NCBI GenBank assembly: GCA_003504275.1
Contig: DOAO01000007.1
Coordinates: 75,535 to 139,534, forward strand
Length of the DNA stretch: 64,000 bases
From: Patescibacteria group bacterium
Lineage (GTDB): Bacteria; Patescibacteriota; Minisyncoccia; Phycocordibacterales; UBA12445
Direction of reading: 5' to 3'
The notes under the pieces were generated by a model. That model was not told where the DNA came from. It was given only the letters and a program-made list of their open reading frames with translations, and ran no database searches. This document shows positions 38,718-49,900 of this stretch, piece after piece. A program made the position numbers and the translations under genes. Positions within the stretch are counted from its first letter, which is position 1. Each line of letters opens with the position of its first letter.

Positions 38718-38789
38718 AGGCCTGGGGGAGAATCGAACTCCCGCATAACGGTTTTGCAGACCGTCGCTTTACCACTTAGCAACCAGGCC
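38718..38789 (-). tRNA. tRNA-Cys(GCA)
   Basis: GGCCTGG..ACGGT-CT-GCA-AA-ACCGT..GTTCGATTC..CCAGGCCT; U discriminator. Confidence 0.93.
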
Positions 38790-38794
38790 AATAT

Positions 38795-39145
38795 TTATTT
38801 ATATGCTTGATCAGCTCTGTTCGCTTGGCTTAAAAGCTCATCAATTCTTTGTCTGTGTTTCTCTCCTTTGTCTAATTCAAAATCGAAGAATGGGATAAAT
38901 TTCATATTCCAGTCTTTCTTTACATAGTCACGAAAATCACTTCGTTGTCTCTTTAGGAATTCCAGAGCTCTTTCTTCCCCGCTATCCGGAAGAACCGTAA
39001 AAAGGACCTTGGCCTCCTTCATATCAGGAGAAAGGTCAATGCTCGTTATTGTTATTATCGATTTCTTATTAGAAACTCTCTCCACGAAATCCGCGGCAAG
39101 TTTCATTAAAAGGGATGATATTTTTTCGTTTCGTCTTCCTTGCAT
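38795..39145 (-). CDS. rbfA: Ribosome-binding factor A
   Basis: ITITSIDLSPDMKEAKV, P...FELD; downstream of infB. Confidence 0.85.
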   Translation of the reverse strand: MQGRRNEKISSLLMKLAADFVERVSNKKSIITITSIDLSPDMKEAKVLFTVLPDSGEERALEFLKRQRSDFRDYVKKDWNMKFIPFFDFELDKGEKHRQRIDELLSQANRADQAYK

Positions 39146-39282
39146 TTTACCCAGTTAAATAAAATTGACTGATAATCCGTCTTGCACCTGTTTTTAACAT
39201 TTTATCCTGATAATGTCTATCTTTCCGAGATAAGCCCAGCCAATTTTAATTTTCTTTTTTAAAAATTATTTAACCGGGTGAA
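39146..39282. mobile_element. 137-bp inverted-repeat element related to the GIY-YIG element ends
   Basis: TTTACCCAGTTAAATAA / TTATTTAACCGGGTGAA; the minus strand encodes MLKTGARRIISQFYLTG*. Confidence 0.5.
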
Positions 39283-39288
39283 TTGCCT

Positions 39289-40791
39289 TTAAATCGTTTC
39301 TAAGTCAAAGGCCTCAATGATATCGCTCTCTGCAATTGTTATTTTTGAATCGATTGTGACACCGAATTGCTTTCCTTCAACAACCTCTCTCGCTTTCATT
39401 TTATTCTCTTGAAGCTCGTTTATTTCTCCTCTTCCTATCTCATTTTTCTGTCTTATTATCTTTACTTCCTTGCCTACGATAATAGATCCGGAAAGTACAG
39501 TACCTCCTACAACCTGCTTGTCTTTTTGTCTACTAAATACCCTAAGTATTCGGGCTTGTCCTAGGGTTTTCTCAACTTCCTCCTTCGGCATTCTTCTTTT
39601 TATTTCTTCCTCTATTGTATCGTTGATCTTATAAATAATATCAAAGGTCATTGGTTTTATGCCAAGTTTTTCGCCAAGCTCCATGACGTCTCTATCTGCT
39701 TTAACATTAAAACCAATCACGAGAGGCTTATCTTTGTTTCCTGCAGAGCTGACATCATTCTCTGTGATATTTCCAACCCCACAAGATATTATTCTTATCT
39801 TCACATCGTCGTTCTCCAATTTTCTAAGTTCCTTTTCAATTGCCTCAACTGAGCCTTGAAAGTCGGCTTTAAGTATTACCGGTAATACTAATTTTACATT
39901 TTCATAATTTTCTTCAGCTCTTCTTGCGCAGATAGGCGCTTGAGTCTCTGCTATTTTCTCGGCCTCTTTTTTGTTTTTTGTTGATATGAAATTTGAACCA
40001 ACAGCAGGAAGCTTACTGAATCCTGTTATTTTAACAGGGGATGAGGCGATAGCTTCCGCTATTTTTTTTCCTGCGAAATTTTCAAGGCTTCGGAGGGGTG
40101 TTACATTTCCGTCAATTATTATAAAATCTCCAACATTTAAAGTTCCATCTTTGATTATAAGTGTAGCGACACCACCTTTCTTTGGATCGAGATTTGATTC
40201 AAAGACAAATCCTTCTCCAGGTTTACTATCGTCTTTTTTAAATTCACCCATTTCAGCCATCAAGAGTAATACATCCAAGAGATCAGAAACCCCGTCTCCT
40301 GTTTTTGCAGACACGGGAACATTTGGAACATCTCCTCCATAACCTTCAAGGAATACTCCATTTGATGCCAAGTCTAATTTAGTTTTCTCAATGTCGGAAT
40401 TTGGTTTATCTATTTTATTTATTGCTACTACATAAGGAGTTCCTGAGTCCTGTATTGTTTTGATTGCTTCTATTGTTTGAACATTAACACCATCGTCAGC
40501 TGCGACAACAAGAATTATTACATCTGCAATTTGTGCTCCTCTACCCCTCATTTTGGAAAAAGCAGCATGACCAGGTGTGTCTATAAAAGTAATTCTTTTT
40601 GCCTCGCCACTCGGCATTTCGTGCATGACTTCATATGCGCTCGTGTGTTGAGTTATTCCTCCAGCCTCTTTTTCTACCGTATTGGCCTTTCTTATGTAAT
40701 CAAGAAGGGTAGATTTACCATGATCAATATGACCCATCACCGTGATGATTGGAGGTCTCTCTGTTTCAGTTTTTTGGGTCTTGTTAGTCAT
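39289..40791 (-). CDS. infB: Translation initiation factor IF-2 (lacking the N-terminal domain)
   Basis: RPPIITVMGHIDHGKS, GGITQH, DTPGH, NKID. Confidence 0.96.
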   Translation of the reverse strand: MTNKTQKTETERPPIITVMGHIDHGKSTLLDYIRKANTVEKEAGGITQHTSAYEVMHEMPSGEAKRITFIDTPGHAAFSKMRGRGAQIADVIILVVAADDGVNVQTIEAIKTIQDSGTPYVVAINKIDKPNSDIEKTKLDLASNGVFLEGYGGDVPNVPVSAKTGDGVSDLLDVLLLMAEMGEFKKDDSKPGEGFVFESNLDPKKGGVATLIIKDGTLNVGDFIIIDGNVTPLRSLENFAGKKIAEAIASSPVKITGFSKLPAVGSNFISTKNKKEAEKIAETQAPICARRAEENYENVKLVLPVILKADFQGSVEAIEKELRKLENDDVKIRIISCGVGNITENDVSSAGNKDKPLVIGFNVKADRDVMELGEKLGIKPMTFDIIYKINDTIEEEIKRRMPKEEVEKTLGQARILRVFSRQKDKQVVGGTVLSGSIIVGKEVKIIRQKNEIGRGEINELQENKMKAREVVEGKQFGVTIDSKITIAESDIIEAFDLETI

Positions 40792-40828
40792 GATTTATCT
40801 GTTTAATTTTTTAATAAAAAACTTTTTA

Positions 40829-41290
40829 TTATTCTCGATTTTCCCAGGATATTCTCATTGCTTCTTTTTCTTCGCCGGAAAGTTCGTAATCTGATTTTAA
40901 TTTTTTTATCGGCTTAGCAAATACACTTACTTTATCTCTGGCATAGAGACTAGATAATACAACCCCATCTCCGTGATCATCTAAAAAGGCTGAGGCAAAG
41001 CTCTGGTTGCCACCAGCATCTCCAAAAGGATTAAATCTTATAGTTCCTGCGGTTTGTATATTTCTCCTTATTTTAGTTTTTATCGCCTGTATTTCTTTTT
41101 CTATTTCTTTTTTGGAGTCAGTTAATTTTTCGATATCATTAAGGGCAGATACAATCGTACCTTCGACATCTTTTACATTATTACCTCGCAAGAGGCGTCG
41201 TATTCTAATTTCTAGTCTAATGGCTAAAATTAGAAGTATCGCAACTAGTGCGATAAGCGCATAGGTTATATATGGTGAATTGATGTTCAT
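40829..41290 (-). CDS. DUF4446 family protein
   Basis: N-terminal TM, coiled coil, RFNPFGDAGGNQSF, G.VLSSL..R....FAKP, LS.EE. Confidence 0.8.
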   Translation of the reverse strand: MNINSPYITYALIALVAILLILAIRLEIRIRRLLRGNNVKDVEGTIVSALNDIEKLTDSKKEIEKEIQAIKTKIRRNIQTAGTIRFNPFGDAGGNQSFASAFLDDHGDGVVLSSLYARDKVSVFAKPIKKLKSDYELSGEEKEAMRISWENRE

Positions 41291-41295
41291 GGTGT

Positions 41296-41468
41296 GGGAC
41301 CTGACAGTAATCTAAACACTAGATTAAAAATAAAAAACTGTTTGTCGGTCACGATCTTAAAATTTTGGCTGCAAATTACGAATTTCTCGTCGGCTGCCTT
41401 ATCTAAATTCGTTATTTTCGCTCAAAATTTAAAAATCCTGACTCAATATTAGATTTCTAACAGGTCTC
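41296..41468. mobile_element. MITE-like 173-bp imperfect palindrome
   Basis: Ends GGGACCTGACAGTAATCTAA / TTAGATTTCTAACAGGTCTC; internal arms TTAAATTTTG..ACGAATTT / AAATTCGT..CAAAATTTAA. Confidence 0.5.
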
Positions 41469-41513
41469 GCTATTCTACCTTTTTTTTTGCTATTTTGCAA
41501 AAAATTCAGTATT

Positions 41514-42710
41514 ATGGCGCTCGTGATAAAGAAAACGAAGAAAATCGGAAAAAGAATATTTTTGGATCATGCCTCAACCACCCCTGTTCTCGGTGAGGTT
41601 TTGGGTGCTATGAAAAAATTCTGGTCATCTGAATATGGTAATCCGGGCTCCATACATTCTTTTGGTATCAATGCGAGTAAGGCAATTGAAGAATCTAGGA
41701 AAAATATTGCGATGGTTTTGGGCGCCAAGTCTTCAGAAATTATTTTTACAAGCGGTGGTACAGAATCAAACAACCTCGCGATACTTGGTGTTGCTAATTT
41801 ATTTAAAAAAAATAGCAACGGAGCGAAACTTCACATAATAACTACACAGATAGAGCATCACGCAGTTCTCTATCCTTTTAAGTATTTGGAAAACTCAGGA
41901 TTTGAAGTTACTTATTTACCTGTATCTGAAAAAGGAATTGTTTCGGTGGAAGAAGTAAAAAAAGCGATAAAAGAAAATACTGTTTTGATTTCAATAATTT
42001 ATGCCAATAATGAGGTTGGAACCATTCAGCCTATTAGAGAGATTGGTAATCTTATAAAAAAGGTAAGAGCCGACCGACCTTATCCAGTATTTCACACAGA
42101 CGCATGTCAGGCTCCATGTTTTTTGAATTTACAGGTTTCTAATTTGGGAGTGGACTTGATGACGATAAGCGGATCAAAATTATATGGTCCTAAAGGTTCG
42201 GGATTTTTGTATGTTAAAAATAATACACCGATAGAGCCGACAACCTTTGGAGGAGGACAGGAGTCCGGCTTACGTTCTGGAACCCAAGCCGTGCCTCTTA
42301 TTGTAGGATTGGCTAAGGCATTGAAGATAGCCGAAGATAAAAAGAAAAAAGAAAGCGATAGGCTGATTTCACTGAGAGATTATTTTATTCGTTTGGTTCT
42401 AAAAAAAATAGCAGGAACAAAATTAAATGGCGATATGAAATTAAGATTACCAAATAACGCCAATATTTATTTTCCGGGAATTTCAGGCGAACAGCTTGTT
42501 ATTGAATTGGATGTGAAAGGCATAGCTGTTTCTACGGGAAGCGCTTGTAGTAGTAGGGAAGAAGCTCCATCTCATGTGCTTTTGGCAATTTATAATGATA
42601 AAAAGAGAGCGGATGGCTCTATTAGATTTACTTTTGGACGAGATACCACCAAAAAGGATGTTGACCAAACGATAAAAACTTTGGATTCTATAATTAAAAG
42701 AATAAGGTAG
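41514..42710 (+). CDS. iscS: Cysteine desulfurase (IscS/NifS group)
   Basis: DHASTTP, GNPGS, FTSGGTESNN, HTDACQ, SKLYGPKG, STGSACSS. Confidence 0.9.
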   Translation: MALVIKKTKKIGKRIFLDHASTTPVLGEVLGAMKKFWSSEYGNPGSIHSFGINASKAIEESRKNIAMVLGAKSSEIIFTSGGTESNNLAILGVANLFKKNSNGAKLHIITTQIEHHAVLYPFKYLENSGFEVTYLPVSEKGIVSVEEVKKAIKENTVLISIIYANNEVGTIQPIREIGNLIKKVRADRPYPVFHTDACQAPCFLNLQVSNLGVDLMTISGSKLYGPKGSGFLYVKNNTPIEPTTFGGGQESGLRSGTQAVPLIVGLAKALKIAEDKKKKESDRLISLRDYFIRLVLKKIAGTKLNGDMKLRLPNNANIYFPGISGEQLVIELDVKGIAVSTGSACSSREEAPSHVLLAIYNDKKRADGSIRFTFGRDTTKKDVDQTIKTLDSIIKRIR

Positions 42711-42757
42711 AAAAATTTTCTTTTACTTTTTATTTTTGTCGTGTAGAATAAAGGTAA

Positions 42758-43660
42758 ATGGAAGAGCTCAACAAGACACAAATAATTCTTTTGGCAATAT
42801 TTATCACTTTGGTTACTTCGGTAGCGACGGGTGTTATTGTTGTTACTCTAATGGATCAGGCACCACCCGGGGTTACTCAGACAGTAAATAGAGTTGTTGA
42901 AAGAACCATTGAAAGAGTTATTTCTCCCGGAAAAGTAGAAAAAACTGAAGTTAAACAAATTGTGAGGGAGGACGATACAATTGTTTCTTCTGTGAAGACT
43001 GTAAGACAATCTCTTGTAAAAGTTGTCAGACAGGGTGCTTCAAGCGATGTTGCTTTTAGTAATCCGGACTTACAAGTATCTTCTATTTCTGGGTCAATAG
43101 AAAGCTCCAGTTTGGCTTCTGGTTATTTGGCAGTAGGAGAGGACGTTAGCAGGGTGGGCTTTATTGTTTCTGGGGATGGATTAATTATGACAAGCAATGA
43201 AGTTCTGGGGGGAAGCGGTTCCGCCTATTACGCTATTTTAGGTGATTCAAAATATAATCTTAAGTTTATAAAGAGTAATGATTATAATGGAATTGCGCTT
43301 TTCTCAATGGAGCAAGCTCCTAAGGGATTAGTCCCAATAGATGCTTTGTCTATAGATCAAGTATCTTTAGGACAGACAGTAATAACGCTTGGATTTGATT
43401 CAGGATTGAATACTTTAACAATGGGTTATATTTCCGGTCTTAAGGTTGGTAACGCATCTTCAACACCTATAATTAAGACGAGTATTAGACCAACAGAAAA
43501 TTGGAGCGGTAGACCAATTATAGATATAAATGGATTTTTGATTGGAATGTATGGTTCGGATAATGACGTCGTACCTTATGTAGTTGTAAAGAATTTAATT
43601 GATTCTTCCAACCCAAAAACAGGCGGAAATAACGCTACCTCAACAAAAACTTCTCAATAA
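42758..43660 (+). CDS. Membrane-anchored trypsin-like (HtrA-like) domain protein, probably degenerate
   Basis: N-terminal TM, SLVKV, GFIVSGDGLIMT, SG.PIIDING.LIG. Confidence 0.6.
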   Translation: MEELNKTQIILLAIFITLVTSVATGVIVVTLMDQAPPGVTQTVNRVVERTIERVISPGKVEKTEVKQIVREDDTIVSSVKTVRQSLVKVVRQGASSDVAFSNPDLQVSSISGSIESSSLASGYLAVGEDVSRVGFIVSGDGLIMTSNEVLGGSGSAYYAILGDSKYNLKFIKSNDYNGIALFSMEQAPKGLVPIDALSIDQVSLGQTVITLGFDSGLNTLTMGYISGLKVGNASSTPIIKTSIRPTENWSGRPIIDINGFLIGMYGSDNDVVPYVVVKNLIDSSNPKTGGNNATSTKTSQ

Positions 43661-43830
43661 CAGAAATAAAGGAGTAAAAGTCAAAAATGGTTTTTTAACT
43701 TTCTTTTGAATTTTTAGTTGTTATTTTACATTTTGAGATTTGCATTTTGCATTTATTCACGTACCCCTCTTTTGTTTGACAAGACGCTATTGGTCTATTA
43801 GTATAACCGACATAATAATAAGACAAATTT

Positions 43831-46500
43831 ATGATCCCATTTAACAATTTAACTTCAAAAGCGCGTGAAGCCATAAGAAAAGCCCACGAGTTGGTAATAG
43901 AAAGAGGACAAAATCAGGTAAACCCGATACATCTTTTGGTGTCTCTTTTGATACAGGAAGACAGCTTGATTCTTTCTATCTTAGATAAGATGGAAGTAGA
44001 TACAAACTTACTCATGGATCAGCTTCTTGAGTCTGTGGAAGGAGCGGAGAGCCAGAACGTTCTTTCACCTTCATATCAAATATATTTGACCGCTGAACTT
44101 GTAAAAATATTAGATGGTTCAGCCAAGATGGCTGCAGTACTCAAGGACGACTTTATTTCAACAGAACACTTATTTTTATCAATGCTCGAAGAAGCAAACT
44201 CGGCTAGGGAAATTTTAAATAGATTTAAAATAAACAAAGAAGAGGTGCTAAAAATTCTTCAAGATATAAGGAAGGGAAAAATTTCTGATGTTGGCGGAAA
44301 GAAAAAGCCAAAAGCCCTGGAGAAGTTTACGAGAAACCTTACGAGATTAGCCAAAGAAGACAAACTGGATCCTGTTATTGGTAGAGATGAAGAAATCAGG
44401 AGGATAATGCAGATATTAACAAGAAGAACAAAGAATAACCCTGTTCTTGTTGGAGAAGCAGGTACCGGAAAAACTGCGGTTGCAGAAGGTCTTGCTATCA
44501 GAATTGCCAAGGGCGATGTGCCGGAAACTTTGAAAGATAAAGAAATAGTTTCTCTTGATCTCGGTTCTCTTATTGCCGGAACAAAATTCAGAGGAGAATT
44601 TGAGGAGAGATTAAAAGCTATTTTGAAAGATATAGAGAAGTCGGCAGGAACGGTTATTCTTTTTATAGATGAGATCCACACAATAGTGGGCGCTGGTGCC
44701 GCTGAGGGTTCTCTTGATGTTTCAAATATGTTAAAACCCGCTCTTGCAAGGGGAGAGCTTAGGGCTATCGGTGCAACTACTCTTAATGAATACCAGAAGC
44801 ACATAGAAAAAGACCCCGCTCTTGCTAGAAGATTCCAGCCTGTTCATGTGGGTGAGCCAAGTATTGAAGATGGTATCGCAATATTACGTGGTCTTAAGGA
44901 TAGATACGCTATTCATCATGGAATAAAAATAACTGACTCCGCTATTGTAGCTGCAGTTAATTTGAGCAGTAGATATATTGCTGATAGGTTTTTGCCGGAC
45001 AAGGCGATAGACCTCATAGATGAGGCGTCTTCATCTTTACGTTTACAATTGGAAGATAAGCCGATAGTAATTCAGGATACAGATAAAAAAATAATGAGAC
45101 TGGAAGTTGAAAAAGAGGCTCTTAAGAAAGAGGACATTTCAAAAGATGTTCAGGCAAAAGCTAGATTAAAGAAAATAGATAAAGAAATCGCCGACCTAAG
45201 AGAGAAAATATCAGAAGTTGATATGCGCTGGAAGAATGAGAAGAAATTAATAGCTGAGACAAGAACGATTAAAAAAGAGTTGGATATTTTGAGACTTGAA
45301 GCTGAGGCCGCCGAGATGAGATCGGATCTTTCTCTTGCCGCAGAAATAAGATACGGAAAAATACCAACCAAAGAGAAGTCGTTAGCTTCTCTTGAAACAA
45401 AACTCTCCAAACTTCAGCCAAGAAGATTACTCAGAGAAGAAGTCACAGAAGAGGATATCGCAAATGTTGTGTCCAAGTGGACTGGCATCCCAGTATTTAG
45501 AATGCTTGAGGAAGAGGCTGATAAATTGAGAAGAATGGAAGATGAGCTCAAGAAAAGAGTTGTTGGACAGGATGAAGCCATCAGAAAGATATCAGAATCT
45601 ATTAGACGATCAAGAGCTGGTGTTTCTGACCCAGACAGACCAATTGGTTCATTTATGTTCCTCGGTCCATCAGGTGTAGGAAAGACAGAACTTGCAAAAA
45701 CATTATCTCAGTTCTTATTTAATGACGAGAAGGCGATAATCAGAATAGATATGTCCGAATTTATGGAGAAACATTCAGTTTCAAAATTGATCGGTTCTCC
45801 TCCGGGATATGTCGGATATGACGAAGCCGGGAAGCTTACTGAGATGGTAAAACATCGCCCATATTCCATCGTGCTCTTTGATGAGATAGAAAAAGCTCAT
45901 CCGGAGGTGTTCAATATTCTTCTTCAGGTTTTGGATAATGGACGATTGACCGATTCAAAAGGAAGGACTGTTAACTTTAAGAACACTGTTATTATCATGA
46001 CCTCAAATGTCGGTTCCGAATTTGTGAATAAAATGGAGACGATTGGATTTGGTAACGGCAAGAATGAAAAGTCCGAATATAACTTGATGAAAGAAAAGAT
46101 AATGGAAAGACTCAAGGATAATTTCAGACCGGAATTTTTGAATAGACTGGACGAGGTAATCATATTCGATACTTTAAGTAAGGATGTTATTAAGACGATT
46201 GTTGGCGTTCAGCTTGAGGTTGTTAAAAAGAGACTTGAAGACAGGGGAGTAAAACTAGAAGTTACACCTGACGTCTTTGATATACTCGCGACCGAAGGAT
46301 ATGATCCTCAGTATGGTGCAAGGCCGATGAAGAGACTTATTCAGACAAAGATATTAAATAGAGTCGCTGAGTATTTAATATCAAAGAGTTTGAGTCCTAA
46401 GTCGGTGGTAGTTGTCAGTGTTAAAAATAATGATATAATGGTCGGCATCAAAGAAACGTCATCTGAGAAGGTGACTGCTGGGAAGAAAAGTAAGAAGTAG
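43831..46500 (+). CDS. clpB: ATP-dependent chaperone ClpB
   Basis: Two AAA+ modules ([16 protein letters not shown]), long coiled-coil middle domain, GARP. Confidence 0.92.
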   Translation: MIPFNNLTSKAREAIRKAHELVIERGQNQVNPIHLLVSLLIQEDSLILSILDKMEVDTNLLMDQLLESVEGAESQNVLSPSYQIYLTAELVKILDGSAKMAAVLKDDFISTEHLFLSMLEEANSAREILNRFKINKEEVLKILQDIRKGKISDVGGKKKPKALEKFTRNLTRLAKEDKLDPVIGRDEEIRRIMQILTRRTKNNPVLVGEAGTGKTAVAEGLAIRIAKGDVPETLKDKEIVSLDLGSLIAGTKFRGEFEERLKAILKDIEKSAGTVILFIDEIHTIVGAGAAEGSLDVSNMLKPALARGELRAIGATTLNEYQKHIEKDPALARRFQPVHVGEPSIEDGIAILRGLKDRYAIHHGIKITDSAIVAAVNLSSRYIADRFLPDKAIDLIDEASSSLRLQLEDKPIVIQDTDKKIMRLEVEKEALKKEDISKDVQAKARLKKIDKEIADLREKISEVDMRWKNEKKLIAETRTIKKELDILRLEAEAAEMRSDLSLAAEIRYGKIPTKEKSLASLETKLSKLQPRRLLREEVTEEDIANVVSKWTGIPVFRMLEEEADKLRRMEDELKKRVVGQDEAIRKISESIRRSRAGVSDPDRPIGSFMFLGPSGVGKTELAKTLSQFLFNDEKAIIRIDMSEFMEKHSVSKLIGSPPGYVGYDEAGKLTEMVKHRPYSIVLFDEIEKAHPEVFNILLQVLDNGRLTDSKGRTVNFKNTVIIMTSNVGSEFVNKMETIGFGNGKNEKSEYNLMKEKIMERLKDNFRPEFLNRLDEVIIFDTLSKDVIKTIVGVQLEVVKKRLEDRGVKLEVTPDVFDILATEGYDPQYGARPMKRLIQTKILNRVAEYLISKSLSPKSVVVVSVKNNDIMVGIKETSSEKVTAGKKSKK

Positions 46501-46539
46501 TTGAAAATTGAATAAAGGCAGTGGAAACACTGCCTCAAT

Positions 46540-46622
46540 GCGCAGGTGGTAGAGTGGTCAATTACAACAGACTGTAAATCTGTCGGCTTCGGCCTACGAA
46601 GGTTCGAATCCTTCCCTGCGCA
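46540..46622 (+). tRNA. tRNA-Tyr(GTA)
   Basis: GCGCAGG..ACAGA-CT-GTA-AA-TCTGT, long variable arm, GGTTCGAATCC..CCTGCGCA. Confidence 0.94.
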
Positions 46623-46885
46623 TAACGAAAAAGTTCCCGAAAGGGGACTTTTTAGTTTGCGCAGGAGAAAGCCATTATCCATGGCTTTCGTGAAGGATTC
46701 GAAGCCTGATTGAGTATTTTTTCTAGTTCAGAGAACGAAGAAAAAATCCAATCAGGTTACTGGTCGTGTAACGACCGAAACTCCTTCCCTGATTTTTTAA
46801 CTGCTTCATTCGCGTAAGGATTCGAAAAGCTCCTCTCATAATTTTTAGGATTTTTTAATCCGAAAAAATGGGAAAGCTATATCTG
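46623..46885 (+). repeat. tRNA-Tyr 3'-tail modules (one complete, one truncated)
   Basis: Antisense TGCGCAGG 46658-46665 and GAAGGATTCGAA 46692-46703; sense TCCTTCCCTG 46782-46791; second AAGGATTCGAA 46816-46826 followed by a Lys/Leu-type stem. Confidence 0.8.
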
Positions 46886-46951
46886 TGTATAATAATAATT
46901 AATTTGATATAATTATTGTGCATTATATTTTATCAGTAGGTTAATAATAAA

Positions 46952-49900
46952 ATGAAGAAATTTATTGTAGTAATCATCTTGCTCTGTATGAGCGTGGTTT
47001 TTATAAAAAACATCTCTGCTTCTGGTCCAACTTATTTACCTGGGAATATTCTTATAAATGAATTCATGACAAGCACGGACGTCGGAGTTTCACAGTGGTA
47101 TGAATTAATAAATACAACAGAGGATAATATTAATTTGACCGAATGGGTGTTAAGTTCGGCTGTTAATGGTGAAATCAACATTGCGACGATACTCGACGAT
47201 GACACAATACCCGCTTACGGCATTGTGGTAATAGATACAGCTTACAATCCCGCAGATGATTTCGGCGATGTCCTTCAATTAAAAGATCCTACCGCTCAGG
47301 TGATTCACGCGGTTTCTTATGGCGATCAACCGGAGCCAGCTGAGCCAAACCATACAGACGCTCCGACCGTTGGAAGTACGGTTGCTTTAATTTCTGGTGT
47401 ATGGGGTTCTGCCCCTATGCCTACCAAGGGTTGGTTTAATGATGCAATAGATTGGACTTGCGAACAAATCAATGGAATAGATTCACCGGAAGTTCCTCCG
47501 ACACTGTCTTCTGTCGCGACATGCCTTTCTTCTGAAATGAGTCTTGAGACAAATTTGGGAGAAGGGTCGCCGATAAATCCCTCTGCTTTTTCAAGCTTAT
47601 ACTTCAGGATACCTGGTATGGGGATGATAACTTTCAATGACAATCTTAATCTTTCCGATCAAAATACTGTGACGGTTATACGGTCTCTTGCAGACAAACT
47701 TATGATGAGTACGGCTGGAACGGTAGGATTAAATCCTGATGCGTGTGATCCAATGTCTGGCCCTTGTATTGTTCCTGCGCCATCAGTCTTTAAGAACGTT
47801 AACGCAACTGTGGAATTTTATGGAGTAAATGCTCTAGGATTTTATAATGTTCCACCTATTTTGGTTAAGGATGATGAGGGGGTTATAATTCCATCAGATG
47901 ATCCAAGTTACCCCACAATTACTAATCTTTCATATGATGGGGGCCAAAATGATGGAACCGTATATTTGACTACAAACCATTTCACACAGTTTACTCTGGA
48001 TAATAGTGTTTATGTAGACGATGATTTTAGCGGAGATGGATCTGAAGCTAATCCTTTCGCAACGATAGCAGAGGGTGTTGCTAATGTTCCTGAGGGAGGT
48101 ATTGTTCATGTTGCAGCAGGTTCTTATGATGGAAATATTTTAATAGACAGATCGATGACTATTCAGGGGGTGAGTAGTACGACAATTACAGTTACGGCCC
48201 CCCTTGCTTCTCACGGGTTTGATGTAAGTGCGGACAATGTAACAATATCAGGGTTCACAATAACCGGCGCGACGGGTGGTGGGGGAGGGGGAAAGGCCGG
48301 TATAAATATAAATTCTGGCGTAGATAATCTAACGATATCCGATAATATCATAGCAGGGAACATGTATGGAATAAAAACAAAGGGAGCTATCACTGCCCTT
48401 AATGTGCAAAATAATTCCATTAACAATAATTCGTATTATGGTATCTATATTATTAAGGTGGTTGGTGATTTAACGGTTGTTGCCGACTGGACACTACAAA
48501 ATAACTCCTTCGAAAATGATTCTTATAATATTTACAGAGAAGGAACGACTGGTACCTTGAATGCTGAAAATAATTATTGGGGCTGGGACAATAGAGCCTA
48601 TGTGAAAAATTCCATCTACTATGTTAGCAATAATGGAGGTGTGGATTTTGTTCCTTTCTATACTGATGAGGAAAGAACCACCCTATCTGATCTTTATTTC
48701 ACATTTGATGTTGGGGCGGATGAAATGCATACCTACTTTTCGATTCAGGATGCTATTAATGAGGCTGATTGTGAAGCATCGACTACAGGAACAAGTAATA
48801 TAATTACGGTAGGTCCAGGATATTATTCAGAGACAATAAGTATGACAAAATCTGTAGACTTAAGGGGACCTAATTCAAATATCAATCCTATAACGGATGA
48901 GCGCGCTGATGAGGCGATACTGGATGGAGTATTGCCATTAATTCAGATGACTACCAATGGGGTGGCTAACGTAACAATAAACGGATTTAAATTGGTTGGT
49001 GCCACTGATGTGGCCGTTGCTGGAGCCATATACTCCAATAAATTAAATGCACACAACATCACGATTCGCGACAACATTTTTTCTGGTAGTCAGGGGCGAT
49101 CGATCTTTACATCACAAGGAGAAGAGGGGGTGTATCGAAACAATTGGCTTATAACTGAAAATGTTTTTGAGAATGTGGGAAGTGTAGAAGGAGATCCTTT
49201 TCAGGCGGCCATGATGATTCAGAGTATCGAGGGCAGTTCAATAACGAACAATCAGATTGATAACACTTCTTATGGGGGGATTCAATTGGGTCACTCCTCC
49301 TCTACTATTATATCTGGGAATAGTGTATCTAACGTACCACGATCGGGTATTCAGGTCGCCTACAGCACAGGGATTACTGTCACAGGGAACACTATTACGA
49401 ACGCTGGTAATGGCGAAGAAATGGTGGATGTTCGAGGGTTTGGGGTTCATACCGACGACACGACTGAGAATGGAGGCATTACATTTTATAATTATGATCA
49501 GCCAAATATTACCGTCACCAACAATACAATCAGCGGGTCTTACAATGGCATCGCAATCCGCAGTGTGGGTACTTCGGAGTTGGGAAATTTGGGAGAGGAT
49601 ATCCTTATTAACGAGAACAGTATAACGGGTAGTCTTAATTTTGCGGTGGAAAATCTTGCTCCCTCCGGACAGCTTAGCGCTGAGCATAATTACTGGGGAA
49701 GCTCCCTTCCTGATTTTGGAACGATAATGTCTGGTAGTGTTGATTATAATCCTTGGTGGACGACTGCTTCCGGTCCAGATGTTGTTTCCTCTTCTAACAA
49801 AGATATTTCTAGTTTTTCTATTTCCAGTCAAGTGGGTACTACTACGATAAATCAAACTACACATACTGTCTCGATGGTTGTTCCTTTTGGTACAGACGTT

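Noticed and set aside
43760-43830. CIRCE or CtsR operator before clpB
   Set aside because: No TTAGCACTC-N9-GAGTGCTAA and no clear tandem GGTCAAA repeat at the promoter.
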